A stretch of DNA of 64,000 nucleotides from Alphaproteobacteria bacterium. GTDB taxonomy: Bacteria; Pseudomonadota; Alphaproteobacteria; SP197. The translations under genes and the position numbers were made by a program. The stretch is from the NCBI GenBank assembly GCA_964291265.2, contig OZ219747.1:32001-96000 (forward strand), in the 5' to 3' direction. The notes under the pieces were generated by a model. The model had not been told where the DNA came from. It did not search any database and was given only the letters and a program-made list of their open reading frames with translations. Below, piece after piece: positions 57,212-64,000 of this stretch. Positions within the stretch are counted from its first letter, which is position 1. Each line of letters starts with the position of its first letter.

Positions 57212-58835
57212 CGAACAGGCGTTCCAGGGATTCACCGACATGAAGAAGGTGAGATTCGCGGAACAGACCGGCCCACAGGGAAAGACCTCGGGGCACCGTG
57301 AACGTGTGTTCCGATGACATCGCATGGCCGAGTTCGAGCCGCCCTTCGGCCAGCGAGAGTTCCGAGCGGGTCGCCAGGTCCTCGAATCCGCACCTCAGGT
57401 GCAGACAGGGATGGCCGGTGAAGTTGCTCGCCACCAGCATCGGACCGGTGGAGAACGGACCGACGAGCACGTCGACCTCCGTGAACAGCCGGTCGAGGGC
57501 CTGCATCACCAGGCGGCGCAGACGGTCGAACTGCACATGGTCCACTGCCGACAGGAATCGCGCCTTGCGGAAGGCATTCGGCCAGGCGCCCTCGTCCTGG
57601 CGCGCCAGGGTGTCGTCAATGTCGTCGAGCGTGAGGTTCTCGAAGGCCGCAGCGGCTTCCGCATGGAGCACCGCGATCAGGGTGTCGTAGGGAAGATCCG
57701 GCAACTCCACCTCGCGTATCGCAGGCCAGAGCGAGCGCACGGCCTCCAGCGCCTGGCGGTCGACATCCGTGACATCGTCGCCTTCGTAGGCTTGAGGCAA
57801 CCAGCCAAGACGCAAACCCTCCGGCGGCCGTGTCGCGTCGTGGTTGAACGGCATGTCGATGGAGCCCGGATCCGTCGCATCGCCGCCGTTGATGGCTGCC
57901 AGCACGAAACCGGTGTCCTCGACGGTCCGGCAGATCGGCCCCACCTTGTCGAGCGACCAGCACAGCGCCATCCCGCCGGTGCGCGACACGCGGCCGAAGG
58001 TGGGTCTCAGCCCCGTCGCACCGCAACGCTCCGAGGGTGACGTGATGGAGCCCAGGGTCTCCGTACCGATGGAAAAGGCGCACAGCCCCGCAGCGGTCGC
58101 CGCTGCCGAACCGGCACTCGACCCGCTCGCGCCCTCGTTGAGGTTCCACGGGTTGCGGGTCTTGCCGCCGAACCAGATATCGCCATAGGCCAGGGCGCCG
58201 ACGGTCGACTTGCCGAGCAGCACGGCGCCCGCCTGGCGCAGTCTCGTCACCACCGCGGCGTCGCCGGTCGCGATCCGATCCTTGAAGGGCTCGGCCCCCC
58301 AGGTCGTCCGCACCTCCCGCGCATCGAAGAGATCCTTCAGCGCGTAGGGAATGCCGTGAAGCGGTCCCTGCCAGTGGCCGGCGCGCGTCATGGCATCCAT
58401 GGCATCGGCCTCGGCGAGGGCCCGATCGCCCGTGACCGTGACGAAACACTTGAGAGGTCCCGCCAGGTGCTCGATCCGGTCAAGGCAGATTCCGACGAGC
58501 CGGCGGCTGGTGAGAACGCCTGACCGGATCCACCCGGAAAGCGCGTGAACCGGGGCGAAGGCGATGTCCTCATCCGATTCGGGCAACGGTCGCACGTCGC
58601 GATCCTGCCAGACGGGGGGAGGTCCGGGCGGTGGCGCCTGGAATCCGGGCAACCTCGGGTCAAACCGGGTGGCGGGTCCGAGATCGTTGGCGAAGACGAG
58701 CGCCCTGCGTCTCCTGGCGTTCTCGATCTGCGGCGCCAGGTTGTCGCGCATCAGTGTGCGTTCCGGTTCACTGTAGCGCACGCCGGTCAGGGCCTCGGCC
58801 GCGGCGATGGTATCGTTGCTGATGTCGTTCATCAT
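57177..58835 (-). CDS. Amidase (AS family)
   Basis: GPLHGIPYALKD, GASGSSAGSA, IGTETLGSITSP, GLRPTFGRVS. Confidence 0.93.
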   Translation of the reverse strand: MMNDISNDTIAAAEALTGVRYSEPERTLMRDNLAPQIENARRRRALVFANDLGPATRFDPRLPGFQAPPPGPPPVWQDRDVRPLPESDEDIAFAPVHALSGWIRSGVLTSRRLVGICLDRIEHLAGPLKCFVTVTGDRALAEADAMDAMTRAGHWQGPLHGIPYALKDLFDAREVRTTWGAEPFKDRIATGDAAVVTRLRQAGAVLLGKSTVGALAYGDIWFGGKTRNPWNLNEGASGSSAGSAAATAAGLCAFSIGTETLGSITSPSERCGATGLRPTFGRVSRTGGMALCWSLDKVGPICRTVEDTGFVLAAINGGDATDPGSIDMPFNHDATRPPEGLRLGWLPQAYEGDDVTDVDRQALEAVRSLWPAIREVELPDLPYDTLIAVLHAEAAAAFENLTLDDIDDTLARQDEGAWPNAFRKARFLSAVDHVQFDRLRRLVMQALDRLFTEVDVLVGPFSTGPMLVASNFTGHPCLHLRCGFEDLATRSELSLAEGRLELGHAMSSEHTFTVPRGLSLWAGLFRESHLLHVGESLERLFDVHHRRPTLAT

Positions 58836-59638
58836 GGCCTCACGACAGGTTGCGTCTTCTTCCCCGACACCTCGGGCGCGGAATCGATCAGCGTGCGGGT
58901 GTACGGCGACACCGGGTTGCCGATCACGGCCGCGGTCGCACCCCTTTCGACCACTTCTCCCGATTTCATGACGAGAAGATGGTCGCACATGAAGCCGACG
59001 ACCGGGAGATCGTGGGTCACGAGAATGAGGGAAAACCGATGGCGCCGGCGAAGGTCCTTGAAGAGGTTCAGCACCTGGGCCTGGACCGACACGTCGAGAG
59101 CGGACGTCGGCTCGTCGAGCAGCAGGAGGTCCGGCCTGACGGCCAGCGCCCGGGCGATGGCGGCGCGCTGGCGCTGGCCTCCGGAGAGTTGGTGCGGCAG
59201 CGCGCTGTCGAGATCGGGATCGAGTCCGACATCGTCGAGAAGCCGCCTCACCTCCTTCCTGATGTCCTGGCGCCGGTGTTCTCCCAGGAGTTCGAATCCC
59301 AGGCCGATCGACGAACCGATGGAGAACCGCGGATTGAACGTCGCATAGGGGTCCTGGAAGACCGGCTGGACACGCCGCCGCAGGTCCTTCAGGTCCGTGC
59401 CGCGGAGCGGGGCGACCTCGGCTCCATCGAACGCGAGACTTCCCGAATCATAGGGCGTGAGACGCAGGATGACGCGCAACAGGGTCGACTTGCCCGACCC
59501 CGACTCTCCGACGATACCCAGGGTCTGGTCTGTCGCCAGGCCGAAGGAGACATCGTTCAGGGCCCGCACGTCGCCGTCCCGGCGCAAAAGGCCGCGTCCA
59601 CGGAATGTCCTGGAGAGGTTCCTTGCAACGAGGAGCAT
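58832..59638 (-). CDS. Peptide/nickel ABC ATP-binding protein (OppF-like)
   Basis: GESGSGKS, LSGGQRQR, LDEPTSALD. Confidence 0.93.
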   Translation of the reverse strand: MLLVARNLSRTFRGRGLLRRDGDVRALNDVSFGLATDQTLGIVGESGSGKSTLLRVILRLTPYDSGSLAFDGAEVAPLRGTDLKDLRRRVQPVFQDPYATFNPRFSIGSSIGLGFELLGEHRRQDIRKEVRRLLDDVGLDPDLDSALPHQLSGGQRQRAAIARALAVRPDLLLLDEPTSALDVSVQAQVLNLFKDLRRRHRFSLILVTHDLPVVGFMCDHLLVMKSGEVVERGATAAVIGNPVSPYTRTLIDSAPEVSGKKTQPVVRP

Positions 59639-59642
59639 CGCG

Positions 59643-60617
59643 TCAGGCGTACCAGCAGCGGAACGCGTGATCATCGTCCGCCGTCTCGAGACGCGGCGCC
59701 TCTCCGCACGCGTCACCGGCCTCGGGGCACCTGTCGCGGAACCGGCATCCGCGGATCTCCTCGCCGGCCCGGGGGATCCTTCCCGGGATCGTCGGCAACC
59801 TCTCCGGATTGCCGGCAAGGCGGGGCGCTGCACCGACGAGCGCCTGCGTGTAGGGATGGCGGGTGTGACTGAAGATGGCGTCCCTCGTCCCGCTCTCGAC
59901 GATCTCTCCGGCATACATGACGTAGATCCTGTCGCAGAAACTGGAGACCAGAGCCAGATCGTGGGAGATGAAGAGAAAACTGGCCCCCGTGGCATCCCGC
60001 AACTCGCCGATGAGATCGATGATCTCCGCCTGGATGGTGACATCGAGCGCCGTCGTCGGTTCGTCTGCAAGGATGAGCGGCGGCTCCATCGAGAGCGCCA
60101 TGGCTGTCAGGGCTCTCTGCTGCATGCCGCCGGAGAACTGGTGCGGGTAGTCGGCGGCACGGCGCCTCGCATCGGGAACGTGCACGCGCTCGAGAAGATC
60201 CCCGACAACGCTGGCGATGCGCCGCTGCCGCCATCCGCGATGCACTTTCAGCGGCTCTCCGACCTGCCAGCCGATCGTCTTCACCGGATTGAGCGCATGG
60301 AGGGCGTCCTGGGGAATGAGGGCGATCTCGCGGCCGCGCACGCGTCCCGGTCCCCCGCCTTCGAGAAGGTCACGCCCGCGGAACCGGACGTGGCCGGAGA
60401 CCACCTCCATGCGGTCGGGAAGCAGGCCGATCAGCGACTTGGCGGTCATGGTCTTGCCGCTGCCCGATTCGCCGATGAGACCGACGATCTCGCCGGCCTT
60501 CACGTGGAGCGACACATCGCGGGCAATGGCCGCCGGTGGCCGGTGTCGGCGGCGGAGCACGATCGTCAGGCCTTCGACCTCGAGAAGGCGTTCGCCTGCC
60601 AGCCCGGATTCAGTCAT
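59643..60617 (-). CDS. Peptide/nickel ABC ATP-binding protein (OppD-like)
   Basis: GESGSGKT, YPHQFSGGMQQR, ADEPTTALD, HPYT, GCRFRDRC. Confidence 0.94.
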   Translation of the reverse strand: MTESGLAGERLLEVEGLTIVLRRRHRPPAAIARDVSLHVKAGEIVGLIGESGSGKTMTAKSLIGLLPDRMEVVSGHVRFRGRDLLEGGGPGRVRGREIALIPQDALHALNPVKTIGWQVGEPLKVHRGWRQRRIASVVGDLLERVHVPDARRRAADYPHQFSGGMQQRALTAMALSMEPPLILADEPTTALDVTIQAEIIDLIGELRDATGASFLFISHDLALVSSFCDRIYVMYAGEIVESGTRDAIFSHTRHPYTQALVGAAPRLAGNPERLPTIPGRIPRAGEEIRGCRFRDRCPEAGDACGEAPRLETADDDHAFRCWYA

Positions 60618-61437
60618 GGAGTTTCGGGTCAAGCACGTCGCGCAACCCGTCTCCCAGGAGATTGAAACTGAACACCGTGACGAAGAGTGCGGCGCCGGGC
60701 GCCAGACTGATCCACGGCGCCTCGTCGATGAATCCCCGCCCGGTGTTGATCATGTTGCCCCATGACGGCTCTGGAGGCTGAGCGCCCAGACCGAGGAACG
60801 ACAGCGCCGATTCGAGAAGCACGGCGTAGGAGAAGGCGACGGCGGCCTCGACCAGGACCGGGCCGATGACATTGGGCAGGATCTCGCGGGTGATGAGACG
60901 CACCGGCCCCATTCCGAGGCAGATCGCCGCCTCGAGGAAGGACTGGCGTTGCACCGTCTGGGCCACGGCCCGGGTCAGCCGCGCGAAACCGGGGATGAAG
61001 ATGATGCCGATGGCGAGCATCGCGTTGAGGACTGACGTTCCGAGGTTGGCCATGAGGATGACGGCCAGGAGGATCGCCGGAAAGCAGAAGACGATCTCCA
61101 TGAAGCGCATCAGGACGGAGTCGACGGTACCGCCGAAGTGGGCCGCGAGAACCCCGATGAGGGTGCCGCCGGTGGCGCCGATGGCGACGGCGACAAGACC
61201 GACGACGATGGAGACGCGCGAAGCGTGGATGACCCGTGACAGGATGTCGCGTCCCAGCTCGTCGGTGCCCAGGAAATGATCCGCTCCGGGTTCCTGCAGC
61301 ATCATGAGAACATCGAGTTCGAAGGGATCGTATGGGGCGATGACGGGGGCAAGGGCAGCTGTCAGGAACACCAGCGCCACCACCGGCAGGGTCACGGCGA
61401 CGAGTCCGTATCGCCGCCAGTTCATCCGCCGGATCAT
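60610..61437 (-). CDS. Peptide ABC permease (DppC-like)
   Basis: HFLGTDELGRDILSR, LSFLGLGAQPPEPSWG, FNLLGDGLRD. Confidence 0.94.
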   Translation of the reverse strand: MIRRMNWRRYGLVAVTLPVVALVFLTAALAPVIAPYDPFELDVLMMLQEPGADHFLGTDELGRDILSRVIHASRVSIVVGLVAVAIGATGGTLIGVLAAHFGGTVDSVLMRFMEIVFCFPAILLAVILMANLGTSVLNAMLAIGIIFIPGFARLTRAVAQTVQRQSFLEAAICLGMGPVRLITREILPNVIGPVLVEAAVAFSYAVLLESALSFLGLGAQPPEPSWGNMINTGRGFIDEAPWISLAPGAALFVTVFSFNLLGDGLRDVLDPKLHD

Positions 61438-62390
61438 GATCCGTGTCCGCTGCGGACCTGCCGCGGGTCGATCACCTGGGCTGCCAGGTCGACGATGAGA
61501 TTGACGACGAGAACGATGACGGTGACGGTCATGGCCGCCGCCAGGAGCACCGGGTAGTCGCGGTTGATGATCCCTACCAGGACGAGGGATCCGATTCCAG
61601 GAATGCGGAAGACGTCCTCGATGATGACGACGCTGCCGACCAGGAAACCGAACTCGACGGCACTGACGGTGAGGAACGGAATGAAGGCGTTGCGCAGCAC
61701 GTGAAAGCTGACGAGGCGCAGGTCGCCGACACCCTTGGAGCGCGCCGTCTCGATGAAATTCGAGGACATCACCTCGATGACCGCCGTGCGCATGATGCGG
61801 ATGAGAAGGCCTGAGGAGACGACCCCGAGGGCGATGCACGGAAGCAGCATGCGCTTGAGATTGCCTGCCGGATCCTCGGCGAACGGAATGTAGCCGCCGG
61901 TGGGCAGCCAGCCCAGCTGCAGCGAGAAGAACCAGATCAGCAGCGTGGCCAGCCAGAAGTTCGGCGTCGAGCCGAAGAGAGTGGCGAGTGTCGTCACGAG
62001 TCCGTCGGCGCCGGTCTGATGGCGGAATCCGGCCACCACGCCCAGGGGAATCGCGAGCGCGATCGCCACCACGAAGGCCATGCCCGCCAGCTGCAGGGTG
62101 ACAGGGATGCGCTTCCTCACCTCCGGTCCGACAGGCACGGCATTCTGGAACGACGTGCCGAAATCTCCCTGCAGCGCCTTGCCTGCCCACTCCACGTACT
62201 GGACGGCGAGGGGACGGTCGAGTCCGTGCTGGTGCTCGAAACGCTTGAGGGCCTGGGGCGTGGCGTGGATGCCAAGCGCCGACAGCGCCGCCGAACCGGG
62301 AACGACATTGACAGCGACGAACAGGATGGCCGAGGCCACGATCAGCGTCGGAATGAAGGAGGCAAGCCTCCAGAAGACAAGTGTCGGCAT
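61434..62390 (-). CDS. Peptide ABC permease (DppB-like)
   Basis: GLDRPLAVQY, TARSKG, HVLRNA, NRDYPV. Confidence 0.94.
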   Translation of the reverse strand: MPTLVFWRLASFIPTLIVASAILFVAVNVVPGSAALSALGIHATPQALKRFEHQHGLDRPLAVQYVEWAGKALQGDFGTSFQNAVPVGPEVRKRIPVTLQLAGMAFVVAIALAIPLGVVAGFRHQTGADGLVTTLATLFGSTPNFWLATLLIWFFSLQLGWLPTGGYIPFAEDPAGNLKRMLLPCIALGVVSSGLLIRIMRTAVIEVMSSNFIETARSKGVGDLRLVSFHVLRNAFIPFLTVSAVEFGFLVGSVVIIEDVFRIPGIGSLVLVGIINRDYPVLLAAAMTVTVIVLVVNLIVDLAAQVIDPRQVRSGHGS

Positions 62391-62448
62391 CGTCGGGTGC
62401 ACCCGGTGCCGGCTCTCGTGAGCCGGCACCGGAGCGCGGCGCTTGCTG

Positions 62449-63981
62449 CTACTCCAGCCAGGCGTCCTTCAGGGTCTTGAGGAACCCGGTCCGCATCGGC
62501 TTGAAGTTCTTCAGGCTGTCGCTGTGGGCCGTCAGGACCCAGCCGTTCACCACGGGAATGACGTCCATGGTCTCGAGGGAGAGTTGCTGCTGCTCAAGAT
62601 AGAGCGCCTTGCGCTCCTCGACGGTGACGGCCGACTTGGCTGCCAGCATGAGATCGTCCATCTCCTGCGAACCGCCGAGCTGCACGTTGACGGCGGACGT
62701 CGTGGCGTAGGTGTTGGTCACGAAATCGTCCGGGTCCGCCAGGGGCGACAGCCAGTACATCACGGTGAGATCGAAGTTGGAGGGACCCCAGACCTCGTCC
62801 CAGTAGCGCGGCACTTCCATGGTGTCGATGGTCGCATCGAAGCCGATCTGTGCCAGGTTGGCCTGGATGATCGGCGCCATCGACATCATCGGAGGCCATG
62901 ACGACACCATGGTGAGCGAAAGCGGCGTGCCTTCCGCGATCCCGGCCTCGGCCATCAGCGCCTTCGCCCTTTCGATGTCGCCCTGGGGGGCGAACTCGGA
63001 GAGTCCCGCATGGCCCCAGTTCCACTCGGGAATCACCCCGCCCAGGATGGCGGTTGCCTGACCGTAGAACGCACCCTGCACGATCGCCGCCCGGTTGAGG
63101 GCGTGGGCAATGGCGCGCCGCACCAGAGGATTGCCCAGGGGTTCACGGGTATGGTTCGGCACCATCCAGAAGTAGCGGGATCCCTCGATCGCCGCATCGA
63201 CCATGTTGTCCTGCGAGACGATCGCGCTCCAGTCCTTGGGCGGCACCTCGTTGGAGAAGTGGATTTCACCGGACTTCAATCCGTTGGAAAGCGCCGTCGG
63301 GTCCGAGATGATCCGGTAGACCATGCCATCGAAATAGGGCCGCCCTTCCTCGTAATAGTCCGCGTTCCTCTCGAAGACGATCGAGTCGCGGGGCGTGTAG
63401 GAGACGAACTTGAAGGGTCCGCTGCCGATCGGATGGGCGTTGAGATCCCAGTCCGATTCCACCAGATCCTTCGGCACGATCGATGAACCGGGGAAGGCCA
63501 TGTAGATCTCGAACGGTCCCGTCACCCGGTTGAGCCGGAATTCGACCGTCAGGTCATCCACCGCCACGACCTCATCGATGGTCTCGATCTGCGAACTGTA
63601 GGCATAGCCCGAGTCGGGGGCGAGAATGCGCTCGAACGAGAAAACGACATCCTCGGCGGTCAGCGCCTCGCCGTTGTGGAATGTCAGACCCTCGCGCAGG
63701 GTGAACGTCCACGTCAGTCCATCCCCTGCCTGGGACCAGGATTCGGCGATCCCGGCATAGGGCTTGGCATTCTCGTCCAGGTTGAGCAGGGTCGAATAGA
63801 CCTGCTCGATCACCACGTGCGACATGCCGCTCGGACCGCGGGCCGGATCGAATCCACCCGGATCGGCCGAGAACGCCGCCACCAGCGTGCCCCCGTGGGT
63901 TCCTTGCGCCGCCACGGGACAGGCGAGCCCCGCCGTGACAACAACCGCCGCACAGCGCAGCATCCATTTCCTGACTTGCAT
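62449..63981 (-). CDS. Peptide ABC substrate-binding protein (family 5)
   Basis: Signal peptide; LREGLTFHNG, PIGSGPF, VRRAIAHALNR; GAGGAGGA RBS upstream. Confidence 0.94.
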   Translation of the reverse strand: MQVRKWMLRCAAVVVTAGLACPVAAQGTHGGTLVAAFSADPGGFDPARGPSGMSHVVIEQVYSTLLNLDENAKPYAGIAESWSQAGDGLTWTFTLREGLTFHNGEALTAEDVVFSFERILAPDSGYAYSSQIETIDEVVAVDDLTVEFRLNRVTGPFEIYMAFPGSSIVPKDLVESDWDLNAHPIGSGPFKFVSYTPRDSIVFERNADYYEEGRPYFDGMVYRIISDPTALSNGLKSGEIHFSNEVPPKDWSAIVSQDNMVDAAIEGSRYFWMVPNHTREPLGNPLVRRAIAHALNRAAIVQGAFYGQATAILGGVIPEWNWGHAGLSEFAPQGDIERAKALMAEAGIAEGTPLSLTMVSSWPPMMSMAPIIQANLAQIGFDATIDTMEVPRYWDEVWGPSNFDLTVMYWLSPLADPDDFVTNTYATTSAVNVQLGGSQEMDDLMLAAKSAVTVEERKALYLEQQQLSLETMDVIPVVNGWVLTAHSDSLKNFKPMRTGFLKTLKDAWLE

Positions 63982-64000
63982 GGTTCCAGTATCCTCCTCG

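Noticed and set aside
1-64000. tRNA, rRNA or riboswitch genes
   Set aside because: None recognized by eye; tRNAscan-SE and Infernal/Rfam would be needed to exclude them

Overview
High-GC bacterial DNA, probably alphaproteobacterial (inferred from maf-aroE-coaE-dnaQ and htpG). It mixes housekeeping genes (ybbN/cnoX, htpG, infA, a cold-shock gene, dnaQ, coaE, aroE, maf) with catabolic clusters: carnitine-type dehydrogenase/BKACE/CaiD genes, an MIO-less amino-acid lyase, two Rieske oxygenases, a sulfatase, an FMO and two ABC systems. Mobile and decayed DNA is abundant. The most striking feature is two ~5 kb DDE-transposase + ATPase elements from different families (~15.1-20.2 kb Mu/rve + ExeA-like; 42664-47638 IS21-type with TIRs and a GCTGA target duplication) that each carry a homologous Toprim primase-like gene. 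The first also has a RecA/AAA_25 helicase-like gene and an inverted-iteron site. Both show a mirror-image G+T/A+C strand skew between their ends, suggesting transposons that bring their own replication machinery (inference). Also present: a non-autonomous unit built from IS66-type ends carrying an Rpn gene (32403-34252, 8-bp TSD), an ISKra4-like IS inside a vapC remnant (8-bp TSD), tandem dnaQ paralogs, a partial coaE duplication around a Xre-RES module, and several pseudogenes. No rRNA, tRNA or CRISPR array was seen. All family assignments are from motif recognition by eye, not database searches.
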